From Marinobacter sp. (lineage in GTDB: Bacteria > Pseudomonadota > Gammaproteobacteria > Pseudomonadales > Oleiphilaceae), in the NCBI GenBank assembly GCA_041591245.1, contig JBFHSI010000001.1:1-55715 (forward strand): DNA of 55,715 nt, in the 5' to 3' direction. Position 1 is the stretch's first letter. Each line of letters starts with the position of its first letter. The translations under genes were made by a program, and so were the position numbers. Of the stretch, positions 39,394 to 48,966 are shown one piece after another. Under the pieces are notes generated by a model that was not told the origin of the DNA, searched no databases, and saw nothing but the letters and a program-made list of their open reading frames with translations.

Positions 39394-40548
39394 ATGTTGA
39401 TTGTTGCAGACGAGAATATCCCGCTACTGGATTCGTTCTTTGGTGATTTTGGTGAGATCCGCCGGGTTCAGGGGCGGGCCATGGGCCCGGAGGATGTCCG
39501 GGATGCCGATATTCTTCTGGTGCGCTCTGTCACCCGGGTTGGCCGGGAACTGCTGGAAGGCAGCCGTGTCCGCTTTGTCGGAACGGCGACCATTGGCACT
39601 GACCACGTGGATCAGGACTGGCTGCAACAGCAGGGCATCAGCTTTTCGGCGGCACCTGGCTGCAACGCCAACAGCGTGGCCGAGTACATCCTGTCCGTTC
39701 TGTCGATTCATGCAGAGCGGCTGGGGCTGGACGACTGGGCCGGGCTGAGTGTGGGTATCGTCGGTGTGGGTAATGTGGGCGGAGAGCTGGCCCGCAAACT
39801 GACCCGACTGGGATTTGAGGTTGTTCTGTGTGACCCTCCCAGGGCCGAGGCCGAAGGCGAGTCTGCGCCGCCTTTTGTATCCCTCGAAGAGGTCATGAAG
39901 TGTGACGTGGTCACCCTGCACACCCCACTGACCCGGGGCCAGCATCATCCGACCTATCATATGATCGGGGATGCAGAGCTGGATGCCCTGACATCCCGCC
40001 AGCTGCTGATCAACAGCGGCCGGGGGGAGGTGATTGACAATTCTGCGCTGCTCAGGCGTCTGGAGAAGAAGGATGCGCCTGTGGTGGCGTTGGATGTCTG
40101 GGAAGGAGAGCCGGCCATCAATGCGGAGCTGGTGTCCCGGGTCTGGCTGGCGACACCGCATATCGCGGGATACAGCCTTGAGGGCAAGGTCCAGGGTACG
40201 GAAATGATTTATCAGGCCCTGTGCCGTTTTCTGGGCCTGCCGGTCCGGAAGCAGGCAGGCCAGTTCCTTCCGGAGCCTGCACTGAACAAGGTTTCCTTTA
40301 CCAGTGCCGCCGGTGAGCGCAGTGCCATCCGGATTGCCCTGCGGGCCTGTTACGACCCCCGCCGGGATGACGGTCGTTTGCGGGCCGCCATGAGGATGCC
40401 GGAACACGAGCGGGCTCAGGCCTTTGACCGTTTGCGCAAGGATTATCCCGTGCGCAGGGAGTGCTCAAGCCTGAAAGTGCAGCTCAAGGGCACCAGTAAA
40501 TCCATGCAGGATGTGTTCAGAGTGATGGGGTTCAAACTCAAGATCTGA
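39394..40548 (+). CDS. pdxB: 4-phosphoerythronate dehydrogenase
   Basis: IVADENIP, TATIGTDH, APGCNA, TPHIAGYS, FDRLRKDYPVRRE. Confidence 0.93.
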   Translation: MLIVADENIPLLDSFFGDFGEIRRVQGRAMGPEDVRDADILLVRSVTRVGRELLEGSRVRFVGTATIGTDHVDQDWLQQQGISFSAAPGCNANSVAEYILSVLSIHAERLGLDDWAGLSVGIVGVGNVGGELARKLTRLGFEVVLCDPPRAEAEGESAPPFVSLEEVMKCDVVTLHTPLTRGQHHPTYHMIGDAELDALTSRQLLINSGRGEVIDNSALLRRLEKKDAPVVALDVWEGEPAINAELVSRVWLATPHIAGYSLEGKVQGTEMIYQALCRFLGLPVRKQAGQFLPEPALNKVSFTSAAGERSAIRIALRACYDPRRDDGRLRAAMRMPEHERAQAFDRLRKDYPVRRECSSLKVQLKGTSKSMQDVFRVMGFKLKI

Positions 40549-40563
40549 TTTCCGGAACGCAAT

Positions 40564-40591
40564 AAAAAACGGGGCCGATTGGCCCCGTTTT
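40564..40591. terminator. Bidirectional terminator between pdxB and putP
   Basis: AAAACGGGGCC-GATT-GGCCCCGTTTT with A/T tails on both sides. Confidence 0.85.
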
Positions 40592-40608
40592 GCGTTTTAG
40601 CCTGACTT

Positions 40609-42126
40609 TTAGGCAAATGCTTCCTGCACGCCACCAGGTTTGTGCTGGGATTCCATTTGTTCGAACATTTCCTCCACTTCCCTGGATGGTTTGGGGGTTG
40701 CCAGAGAGGTTACAACGATGGCTGTGAGGGCAAACAGGAAGCCCGGAACTATCTCATAGAGATCGAAGATTCCGCCGGAAATCTTTGACCAGACAATAAC
40801 GGTAATGCCACCAACAACAACTCCTGCCATGGCGCCCCATTGGTTCATGCGTTTCCAGTAAAGGGCCATGATCAGTGTCGGACCAAAAGCAGCACCAAAA
40901 CCTGCCCAGGCATAGGACACCAGTCCAAGAACCCCGGAATCCGGCGCCATGGCCAGGGTAACGGCAACAGCCGATATGGCCAGCACTGCAATGCGACCAA
41001 CCATCACCAGCTCTTTTTCCGTTGCGTTTTTCCTGAAGCTGGCCTTGTAGATATCGTCGGCAATGGTGGAAGAACAGATCAGCAGCTGGGAGTCAGCCGT
41101 GGACATTACTGCTGCCAGAATGGCCGTGAGCAGTACACTGGCGATAACCGGGTTGAACAGCATATTCACCATGAACATGAAGATTCGTTCGTGGTCGCCA
41201 TTCATGCCTTCCGGTGACATGGCGTGGCCGAAAATGCCGATCAGTACTGCGCACACAAGGCCCAGGCCGGTCCAGCTCAGGGCAATACGGCGGGCAAAGG
41301 GTATGTTCTTGTGATCATTGATGCCGGCAAAGCGTGCCAGGGCGTGTGGTTGGCCAAAATAGCCGAGTCCCCAGGCCAGTGAACTGACGATGGCGAGAAG
41401 GGTCAGGTGTTGTGCGCTGGCGGTATCCCTCATCCAGTCCAGAATGCCAGGCATGTTGGTTTCGGCGGCAGACAGGCTGGCCTGCAGGCCGTCCATTTCC
41501 ATTATGACGGCAACGGGAACTGCCACCAGGGCAAAGATCATCATCAGGCCCTGAAGCACGTCGGTCCAGGAAACCGCAAGGTAGCCACCAAAGAAGGTGT
41601 AGGAAACAATGGCCAGTGCGCCGATCAAAACCGCGGTCTGGTAGTCCATTCCAAACACGGTGGTCAGAAGCTTGCCGCCGGCAACCAGGCCGGAACTGGT
41701 GTAGAACAGGTAGAACACGATAATGAATACCGCAGCAACGATCCGCAGCAAACGGGTGTGCTGCTGGAAACGTTCGGCCAGGAATTCGGGAATGGTCAGG
41801 GAGTTATTGGCGACGTAACTGTATATGCGCAGGCGGCGGGCAACCAGAACCCAGTTGAGGACGCACCCCATCATAAGTCCGAATGCCACCCAGAAAGATG
41901 ACATGCCAGATGCGTAGGCGTAGCCGGGCATGGCCACCATCAGCCAGCCTGACATTTCCGAGGCGCCACTGGACAGTGCAGTGGCGAAGGGGCCCAGGGA
42001 GCGGCCGCCCAGGGCATAGTCTTCAAAGTTGGAGGAGCGCCTCCAGGCAACAATGCCAATGACAAACATTATTACGAAGTAAAAGATAAAAGTACCGAGT
42101 GCTACCGTCGTATTGGTTTCAAACAT
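40609..42126 (-). CDS. putP: Sodium/proline symporter family (SSS) transporter
   Basis: DYALGGRSLG, GGYLAVSWTD, LGYFGQPH, AAVMSTADSQLL; ATG 42126 after AAGGAG. Confidence 0.88.
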   Translation of the reverse strand: MFETNTTVALGTFIFYFVIMFVIGIVAWRRSSNFEDYALGGRSLGPFATALSSGASEMSGWLMVAMPGYAYASGMSSFWVAFGLMMGCVLNWVLVARRLRIYSYVANNSLTIPEFLAERFQQHTRLLRIVAAVFIIVFYLFYTSSGLVAGGKLLTTVFGMDYQTAVLIGALAIVSYTFFGGYLAVSWTDVLQGLMMIFALVAVPVAVIMEMDGLQASLSAAETNMPGILDWMRDTASAQHLTLLAIVSSLAWGLGYFGQPHALARFAGINDHKNIPFARRIALSWTGLGLVCAVLIGIFGHAMSPEGMNGDHERIFMFMVNMLFNPVIASVLLTAILAAVMSTADSQLLICSSTIADDIYKASFRKNATEKELVMVGRIAVLAISAVAVTLAMAPDSGVLGLVSYAWAGFGAAFGPTLIMALYWKRMNQWGAMAGVVVGGITVIVWSKISGGIFDLYEIVPGFLFALTAIVVTSLATPKPSREVEEMFEQMESQHKPGGVQEAFA

Positions 42127-42268
42127 GTTCTGCTCCTTTTTCAGGCACAACAGTGCCCCTGAGACGCATAGTGTGCGCAGTGAACAGATCAAAGGTTGGC
42201 ATTGAGCCGGCAAGGCTGGTCCGTTGGCGCGGACACTTATAGCTGTCGTTTTTTGGTAACGGGATCAT
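42119..42268 (-). CDS. Candidate 49-aa leader ORF overlapping the putP start
   Basis: ACAAAAACAATACAGGGGA SD region then ATG; open for 49 codons (MIPLPKNDSYKCP...EKGAEHV*), with its stop just inside putP. Below the ORF-track length cutoff. Confidence 0.35.
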   Translation of the reverse strand: MIPLPKNDSYKCPRQRTSLAGSMPTFDLFTAHTMRLRGTVVPEKGAEHV

Positions 42269-42315
42269 GGACGACTTCCCCTGTATTGTTTTTGTGGATC
42301 AAGGCCTTGGCCTGA

Positions 42316-43107
42316 CTAGTCTGGTGCTGTGGATGCTGCATTTTCGGCAGCGTCCACACCGGCAAACAGAGCTTCGTTCAGGCCGTGGGTCATCATGGCT
42401 TTCAGACCTTCAGTGGTTGTGCCAGCGTAGGAAAGAAAGCGGCGCACCAGCTCAGCCGGGGTATCCGGGCCATGCTGAAACACTCGGGCTGCACCGTCCA
42501 GGGTGGTAACAACGGCTCTGGTCGCTTGCGCTTCAGAGAGTCCTCTGGACATGGCATGTTCGATCAGAATATTTGCTATCAGTGCAGGAAAAGCGGGGCC
42601 ACTGCCAGTCAGGGCAGTAAGGTAGTCAATGTGTTGTTCGCAGCTGACTTCATCTTCAGCGCCGGATGCTGCGAAGAACTCCTGTAGCCAGGATTTCCGG
42701 GTGTCATCAACCTGGGGCGAGGCCTGCCAGGGAGTATAGGATTGCCGGAATTCTGCAGCAGCATTGGGCATGGCCCGGACTGTCTGCTGGCTTCGGGTTT
42801 TCTCCTGGATCATGGCCATGGGCACCCTGGCCATGATGGAAATTACCAGCTTGCCGGAAGCATCAATGACCAGTGGGGCGAAGTGTTCGGGGCGGACAGC
42901 AAGAATCAGAATGTCAGAACGTTCTATCAGAAGGTGGGAGGGCGTGGGAGTAACTCCCGGCCAGTCACGGTAAGACCAGTTCCGGCGGCTTGTGCTGACA
43001 AGCAGGTGTTCGGGAGCTATAAGGCCTGCAGAGAGAGCGTTGCGGCCAAGGGCGCTCCCCATCCAGCCATTACCCCCCAGAATTCCCACTGTTGGTCTGT
43101 CTGCCAT
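42316..43107 (-). CDS. Pyrroline-5-carboxylate reductase family protein (ProC paralog)
   Basis: GILGGNGWMG Rossmann motif, RAMPNAA, TALTGSGPAF, GTTTEGL. Confidence 0.85.
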   Translation of the reverse strand: MADRPTVGILGGNGWMGSALGRNALSAGLIAPEHLLVSTSRRNWSYRDWPGVTPTPSHLLIERSDILILAVRPEHFAPLVIDASGKLVISIMARVPMAMIQEKTRSQQTVRAMPNAAAEFRQSYTPWQASPQVDDTRKSWLQEFFAASGAEDEVSCEQHIDYLTALTGSGPAFPALIANILIEHAMSRGLSEAQATRAVVTTLDGAARVFQHGPDTPAELVRRFLSYAGTTTEGLKAMMTHGLNEALFAGVDAAENAASTAPD

Positions 43108-43771
43108 TACCTATTCCCCGCTTTGCCGCAAGAAGGCCTGCCTCAGTGAACAGATCTGTGTGCCGGGCGGCAAAACGATCGAGGTCGGATTGCTTGCAAG
43201 GCTCACCTGTGAATATCTCCACATACCTGGGAACCCGCTCCAGTCGAACATCCCCGGGTTCCTTGAAACGCATCGATATGTAGCCAATCTGGATCAGGTA
43301 GACGGTTCGGGCACGGGTGTCAGCTTCGTACTGGTCCAGTCCGTAGCGCATGAACATTTCCCGGATCGCCTCCAGCCGGGTGGCATCAGCATCCCGGACT
43401 GCGTTAGCTACCTTTTCGTCCTGTAATCCCCAGCTCCTCACCGCGTATTCGAATTCCGAATCGAACAGCTGGTTGTCAAACCAGCAGTCGAAAACGTTGA
43501 GCATGGCCTCAACCACGGTTGCGGCATAACGTTCCGACTGACGCAAAACGGCTTCTGTATTCTGCTGCCAGCGCTCCAGCAAAGCCTGCAGCACGTCGTC
43601 CCGGTCTTTGAACAACCAGTAAAAGCTGGTTCGTGAAGTGCCCATTTTTTTTGCCAGGGGCATCACTTTGACCGCTTCAATGCCCGAATGGATGAGCAGT
43701 TCATAGGCTGCGTCGATCCAGGCTGCGCGTGATGTTTCCGTTCGTTCGTTTTTCACAGTTCGCTCTCGCAT
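43070..43771 (-). CDS. TetR/AcrR family regulator of the stcD islet
   Basis: N-terminal HTH WIDAAYELL...LAKKMGTSRTSFYWLF. Confidence 0.9.
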   Translation of the reverse strand: MRERTVKNERTETSRAAWIDAAYELLIHSGIEAVKVMPLAKKMGTSRTSFYWLFKDRDDVLQALLERWQQNTEAVLRQSERYAATVVEAMLNVFDCWFDNQLFDSEFEYAVRSWGLQDEKVANAVRDADATRLEAIREMFMRYGLDQYEADTRARTVYLIQIGYISMRFKEPGDVRLERVPRYVEIFTGEPCKQSDLDRFAARHTDLFTEAGLLAAKRGIGNGRQTNSGNSGG

Positions 43772-43829
43772 TGACCTTCACTCGATTCCGATTCGAGACA
43801 CTACACGAGAGTAATCGATTTCGATACCG

Positions 43830-43887
43830 TGTACACATATGTACATAATGTTTGACATGAGTGTACATTACGGAATAGCGTTGTCAA
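43830..43887. promoter_or_regulatory. Overlapping divergent sigma70 promoters with tandem operator boxes
   Basis: TGTACA-CATA-TGTACA (43830-45) and TTGACA-TGAG-TGTACA (43852-67). Plus-strand TTGACA-N18-TAGCGT; minus-strand TTGACA (43887-82)-N16-TACACT. Confidence 0.65.
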
Positions 43888-43925
43888 CACTGCATAAACA
43901 ATCAGGTCATTCTGGAGGTGTTACT

Positions 43926-45962
43926 GTGAATAACGATCCCTTGCTGCAGCCCTTGCAGATCAAGCATCTGACCCTAAGAAACCGGATCATGCTGACGTCC
44001 CACGAGCCAGCCTACCCAGTGGATGGGATGCCCAAGGAGCTCTACCGTGCCTACCATGTAGAGCGTGCCAAGGCCGGAATCGCGTTGACCATGACGGCAG
44101 GCTCTGCCTCTGTTGCCAAGGACAGCCCACCGGTGTTCAACAATATCCTGGCTTACAAGGACGAAGTGGTGCCCTGGATGAGGGAGCTGACCGACGCCTG
44201 TCACGAACATGGCACTGCGGTGATGATCCAGCTGACACACCTGGGACGCAGAACCCGTTGGGACAAGGCAGACTGGCTGCCTGTGGTATCCGCATCCAAC
44301 CGCCGGGAAGCATCCCATCGGGCCTACCCGAAAAAAGCCGAAGACTGGGATATTGAAAGGCTGATAAAGGACTATGTGGATGCCGCCGAGCGCATGCATG
44401 CTGCGGGGCTGGACGGGCTGGAGATTCAGGCCTATGGCCATCTGATGGATCAGTTCTGGTCACCCCTGACCAATGAGCTGGAGGGGCCGTACGGCGGCAG
44501 CCTGGAAAATCGTCTGCGCTTCACCTTCGATGTTCTCAAAGGCATTCGTGCCCGGGTGGGCGACGAGTTTCTGCTTGGGGTTCGTTATACCGGGGATGAG
44601 TGTCTCCCTGGCGGATTTGGTGCGGATGAGGGCTTTGAAATATCCCGCCGCCTCAAGGACAGTGGTCTGGTTGATTTCCTCAATGTGGTGCGCGGTCATA
44701 TTGATACTGATCCCGGGCTGACGGATGTGATTCCGATTCAGGGCATGCCATCTGCGCCACACCTTGATTTTGCCGGGGACATTCGCCAGGAAGTTGAGTT
44801 CCCGGTATTTCATGGGGGCAAGATCCAGGATGTAGCCACTGCCCGCCATGCCATTTCCTCCGGCAAGGTGGATATGATCGGAATGACCCGGGCCCATATG
44901 GCGGACCCGCATCTGGTCCGCAAGATTATCGAGGGCAAGGAAGAAAGCATTCGTCCCTGTGTCGGTGCCAACTATTGCCTGGACCGGATCTATCAGGGAG
45001 GGGCAGCCTACTGCATTCACAATGCTGCAACCGGTCGCGAAACCACCATGCCCCATACGATTCCCCTGGCATTGAGGCGCCGCAAGATTGTGGTGGTCGG
45101 TGCAGGTCCTGGCGGACTGGAGGCGGCGAGGGTGGCGGCAGAACGTGGTCATGAGGTAGTGGTATTTGAAGCTACAGATGGTCCGGGTGGACAGATTCGC
45201 CTGGCCGCCCAGAGTGAGCGCAGGCGGGAGATGATGGGCATTATTGATTGGCGCTATGAGCGCTGCCTGAGCATGGGGGTGACTTTCCACTTCAATGTTT
45301 TTGCCGAGCCGGATGAAGTGATCAATGAGAACCCGGATGCGGTGATTATTGCCACCGGAGGCCTGCCGAATGATCAGGAGCTGGACACCGGTAACGAATT
45401 GGCGGTGAGTGGCTGGGATATCCTGTCAGGCCACGTCAAACCCGGCACCAATGTGCTGATATACGACGATGCGGGCGACCATACGGCATTGCAGGCTGCG
45501 GAAATCATTGCCGCCAGTGGCGCCAGGGTAGAATTCATGACCTCTGATCGGTCGCTGGCGCCTGAAGTTATGGCCATGAATCTGGTGCCCTATATGCGCA
45601 GTCTGCAGAAGCTGGATGTCCGGTTCACCCCCACATTCAGGCTCAAGGGCATCCGCCGGGATGGTGGTGAGCTGATCGCATCTGTTGGCAGTGATTACAC
45701 CGACCTGGATCTGGAACGGCGAGTGGATCAGGTGGTCGTGAATTTTGCCACTTTGCCGATGGATGATCTGTATTTTGATCTCAAACCCTACTCCACGAAT
45801 CAGGGGGTGGTGAACTACGATGATCTGATTGCAGGTAAGGCGCAGTCTGAGGTGCGGGATCCGGAAGGCAAGTTCCAGTTGTTCCGTATCGGTGACGCCG
45901 TTTCCCAGCGCAATACCCATGCCGCAATCTATGATGCCCTGAGAAGTGTAAAGGATCTCTGA
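43926..45962 (+). CDS. stcD: N-methylproline demethylase-like NADH:flavin oxidoreductase (StcD/HpbA)
   Basis: 678 aa from GTG 43926 (GGAGGT SD). NDPLLQP.Q.KHLTLRNR, HEPAYP.DGMPK, CVGANYCLDRIYQGG..CIHN closely match the rhizobial StcD sequence as I recall it. Confidence 0.85.
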   Translation: MNNDPLLQPLQIKHLTLRNRIMLTSHEPAYPVDGMPKELYRAYHVERAKAGIALTMTAGSASVAKDSPPVFNNILAYKDEVVPWMRELTDACHEHGTAVMIQLTHLGRRTRWDKADWLPVVSASNRREASHRAYPKKAEDWDIERLIKDYVDAAERMHAAGLDGLEIQAYGHLMDQFWSPLTNELEGPYGGSLENRLRFTFDVLKGIRARVGDEFLLGVRYTGDECLPGGFGADEGFEISRRLKDSGLVDFLNVVRGHIDTDPGLTDVIPIQGMPSAPHLDFAGDIRQEVEFPVFHGGKIQDVATARHAISSGKVDMIGMTRAHMADPHLVRKIIEGKEESIRPCVGANYCLDRIYQGGAAYCIHNAATGRETTMPHTIPLALRRRKIVVVGAGPGGLEAARVAAERGHEVVVFEATDGPGGQIRLAAQSERRREMMGIIDWRYERCLSMGVTFHFNVFAEPDEVINENPDAVIIATGGLPNDQELDTGNELAVSGWDILSGHVKPGTNVLIYDDAGDHTALQAAEIIAASGARVEFMTSDRSLAPEVMAMNLVPYMRSLQKLDVRFTPTFRLKGIRRDGGELIASVGSDYTDLDLERRVDQVVVNFATLPMDDLYFDLKPYSTNQGVVNYDDLIAGKAQSEVRDPEGKFQLFRIGDAVSQRNTHAAIYDALRSVKDL

Positions 45963-45991
45963 TCTGTCGTATGGGGCATCAGAAGTAAAAG

Positions 45992-46016
45992 AAAACCCCG
46001 CTTTTGCGGGGTTTTT
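45992..46016. terminator. Bidirectional terminator between stcD and htpX
   Basis: AAAACCCCGC-TTTT-GCGGGGTTTTT. Confidence 0.88.
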
Positions 46017-46041
46017 CTGACTGGTGATGGAGCTTGCAGGC

Positions 46042-46923
46042 TTACAGCTGTGCTGTCTGCAGGGCAGCAATGCGCTCTTCCAGTGGCGGGTGGGTCATGA
46101 ACAGGGCGCTCAGGCCGGCGCGGGCACCCCGGTTGATGCCGAAAGCCTGCAGGGTGTCGGGCATCTGGTCCGGAACCTCGCTTTCCTGTTTCAGCCGTGC
46201 CAGGGCATTGATCATGGCATATCGTCCGGCCAGCTGGGCGCCGGCAATATCGGCCCGGAACTCCCGCCTGCGGGAGAACCAGAACACTATGGTGCTGGCG
46301 AGAATACCGAGCACAATCTCGGCAACAATGCTGACTACCATAAAGCCCAGGCCGTGGCCGTTTTCATTCTTGAAAATCACCCGGTCGACGAAGGAACCGA
46401 TGACCCTGGAAATAAAGATGACGAAGGTATTTACCACACCCTGAATGAGAGTCAGTGTCACCATGTCTCCGTTGGCCACGTGACCGATTTCATGGCCAAG
46501 TACGGCCCGGATTTCATCCTTGTTGAAGCGCTGTAGCAGGCCTTCGCTGACGGCAACCAGGGCGTCATTCTTGTTCCAGCCAGTGGCAAATGCGTTGGAC
46601 TGGGAGGCCGGGAAGATGGCCACTTCAGGCATACCGATACCGGCACGTCCGGCCAGGTCGGCAACGGTTTCCACCAGCCAGCGTTCAGCCGGAGTCCGGG
46701 GTGTGTCAATGACCTTGGCCCGGGTGCTCCACTTGGCCATGGGCTTGGAGATCAGCAGAGAAATGAACGCGCCGGCGAAACCGAAAACGGCGGCAAATGC
46801 CAGCAGCGGTCCATACTGGATGCCATACTGGGACAGGTAGCCGTCCACCCCCAGAAGGCGCAAGGTGATACTGGCGACCGCAATCACGGCAAGGTTGGTG
46901 GCCAGAAATAGCAGTATTCGCAT
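46042..46923 (-). CDS. htpX: Membrane zinc metalloprotease HtpX
   Basis: [42 protein letters not shown]. Confidence 0.96.
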   Translation of the reverse strand: MRILLFLATNLAVIAVASITLRLLGVDGYLSQYGIQYGPLLAFAAVFGFAGAFISLLISKPMAKWSTRAKVIDTPRTPAERWLVETVADLAGRAGIGMPEVAIFPASQSNAFATGWNKNDALVAVSEGLLQRFNKDEIRAVLGHEIGHVANGDMVTLTLIQGVVNTFVIFISRVIGSFVDRVIFKNENGHGLGFMVVSIVAEIVLGILASTIVFWFSRRREFRADIAGAQLAGRYAMINALARLKQESEVPDQMPDTLQAFGINRGARAGLSALFMTHPPLEERIAALQTAQL

Positions 46924-46976
46924 GTTGATTCCCTGAAATGTTGGTCGAACACTCAATAGCTGACGTTATGACAGAA

Positions 46977-47004
46977 TTATGTGGTCAGGGTTCAGAAGTT
47001 CAAG
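46977..47004 (-). promoter_or_regulatory. Sigma32 (RpoH)-type promoter of htpX
   Basis: Minus strand CTTGAA-N14-CCACATAA against the consensus CTTGAA-N13-17-CCCCATnT. Confidence 0.65.
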
Positions 47005-47017
47005 GTTTTACAGGGAT

Positions 47018-47485
47018 TTAATGGTTGCTATCGGTAAAGAAGGCGGCCTGGACTGCGTGGCTGATGCGCCCGGAATGCCGGCTTTTCAGGGCGGCCCGGA
47101 TCAGGTGGATATAGGTGGACATATCGGCCTGTACTGACGGCGGCAGGGAGTCGGCCGGCCAGGTCTGGTCCGCGCCCACCGCTTCCACAAGGTCTTCCTG
47201 GGCGGGCGAACTCAGGCGGACAAAGGCCTTGTGGGTGAGTACAGCCTGATCCAGGGCTTCCTGGCGGATGGTGTCCACATAGCGCAGCAGCCCTTCTTCC
47301 GCGAGCCAGAGCAGGGCGCCGAAGCAGGCCATGTGCCGTGTGCTGTGCAGGCCGAACTCATCAGGCTCGTCCGGACCGGCGATATCCTCCACAAAGAGAT
47401 TGATCCGCCGGGGGAACGCCCCGTACAGCTGCACCAGGGCAATGGCTACATCCTTGTAAAACTCCTCGACATGAATCTCTGCCAT
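47018..47485 (-). CDS. Conserved hypothetical protein
   Basis: ATG 47485 after GGAG; EEFYKD...FPR...VEDIAGPDEPDEFGLHS.RH.AC; lies between alaA and htpX as in pseudomonads. Confidence 0.8.
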   Translation of the reverse strand: MAEIHVEEFYKDVAIALVQLYGAFPRRINLFVEDIAGPDEPDEFGLHSTRHMACFGALLWLAEEGLLRYVDTIRQEALDQAVLTHKAFVRLSSPAQEDLVEAVGADQTWPADSLPPSVQADMSTYIHLIRAALKSRHSGRISHAVQAAFFTDSNH

Positions 47486-47495
47486 GGGGTCTCCG

Positions 47496-48710
47496 TTACT
47501 GGTGGTAAGTCGCCAGAAAATGGCCGAGCCGGGCCATGGCATCTTCCAGTGTGTCTTTTCGGGGCAGGAACACAACCCGCAGGTGCTGGTTGTCATCCAC
47601 ATTGAAGGCGGAACCCTGTACCAGCAGAATCTTCTCCTGAAGCAGCAGGTCCAGCACCAGTTTTTCGTCATTGGCGATAGGGAATTTCCCCGGGTCCAGT
47701 TTCGGGAACATATACAGGGCACCCTGGGGTTTGACGCAGCTCACCCCGGGGATGTCGTTCAGCATCCGCCATGCGACCTCCCGTTGCTCGTACAGGCGTC
47801 CACCGGGGGCAACCAGGTCGTCAATGGACTGGTAGCCACCCAGGGCGGTCTGAATGGCCAGCTGGGCCGGAACATTGGCGCACAGGCGCATGTTGGACAG
47901 CATTTCAATGCCTTCGAGCAGGTCCGTTGCCCGGTGTTTGGCCCCGCTGATAATCATCCAGCCGGAACGGTAGCCGGCGGCCCGGTAGTTCTTGGACAGG
48001 CCGTTGTAGGTGAAAAACAGGACGTCGTCGGCCAGAGAAGCGGTGGAAATATGCTCTGTGCCATCATAGAGAATCTTGTCGTAGATCTCGTCCGAGAGCA
48101 CGATCAGATTATGCTGGCGCGCCAGTTCGATGACTTCTTCCAGCAGTTCCTTCGGATATACCGCCCCGGTGGGGTTGTTGGGGTTGATGAGCACAATCGC
48201 CCGGGTGCGCCGGGTGATTTTCTTGCGCATGTCGTCAATATCCGGGAACCAGTCCTGTTGCTCGTCACAGCGATAGTGCACAGGTTTGCCGCTGGACAGG
48301 GTGACAGCAGCCGTCCACAGGGGGTAGTCCGGGGCCGGAATGAGCACCTCATCACCGGTATTGAGCATGGCCTGCATGGACATCACGATCAGCTCACTGA
48401 CCCCGTTGCCCAGGTAAATATCATCAATATCCACCTTGCTGATATTGCGCTGCTGACAGTAATGCATGACCGCCTTGCGGGCGGAAAACAGTCCCTTGGA
48501 CTCCACATAGCCCTGGGCCTGGGGCATGTTGTAGATAACGTCCTGCTGGATTTCTTCAGGAACATTAAGATCGAAGGTTGCCGGGTTGCCGATATTGAGC
48601 TTGAGAATCCGGTTGCCTTCTTCTTCCAGTCGTCGCGCTTCCCGCAGAACTACACCCCGTATTTCGTAACACACGTTATCCAGTTTGGCGGATTTGTAGT
48701 AGTTCTGCAT
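47496..48710 (-). CDS. alaA: Glutamate-pyruvate aminotransferase AlaA
   Basis: KLDNVCYEIRG, LKLNIGNPA, INPNNPTG, DEIYDK, NGLSKNYR. Confidence 0.92.
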   Translation of the reverse strand: MQNYYKSAKLDNVCYEIRGVVLREARRLEEEGNRILKLNIGNPATFDLNVPEEIQQDVIYNMPQAQGYVESKGLFSARKAVMHYCQQRNISKVDIDDIYLGNGVSELIVMSMQAMLNTGDEVLIPAPDYPLWTAAVTLSSGKPVHYRCDEQQDWFPDIDDMRKKITRRTRAIVLINPNNPTGAVYPKELLEEVIELARQHNLIVLSDEIYDKILYDGTEHISTASLADDVLFFTYNGLSKNYRAAGYRSGWMIISGAKHRATDLLEGIEMLSNMRLCANVPAQLAIQTALGGYQSIDDLVAPGGRLYEQREVAWRMLNDIPGVSCVKPQGALYMFPKLDPGKFPIANDEKLVLDLLLQEKILLVQGSAFNVDDNQHLRVVFLPRKDTLEDAMARLGHFLATYHQ

Positions 48711-48911
48711 AAGACCGGGACTTCCTTAATTGGGATAGGGTAGAGATCTTTGCCCTCAGGCAGGTCCCTTATTCTAGCGGAGCAGGCGCCCGCGACAACA
48801 GGGGAATTATGATGAATTGTGGCGTGATAGGGCGGAACGGGTCGGCGAATTGCTGTGTTGATCGGGGAAAAAACGGCAGAGTTTTCTTATTTCGTGGTTA
48901 TTCTGATAAAT

Positions 48912-48923
48912 ATTGTGCACAAT
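48912..48923. promoter_or_regulatory. Palindrome, probable OhrR/OspR operator
   Basis: Perfect ATTGTGCACAAT in the AT-rich gpx promoter, upstream of a gpx-MarR operon. Confidence 0.55.
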
Positions 48924-48966
48924 CAAAACGTGAAAAATATAAATCAGAACAGAAAAGGAGAGCGCC

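Noticed and set aside
40564-46016. The stcD islet as a mobile element
   Set aside because: No integrase, transposase, tRNA target or flanking direct repeats seen; treated as an accessory islet only.
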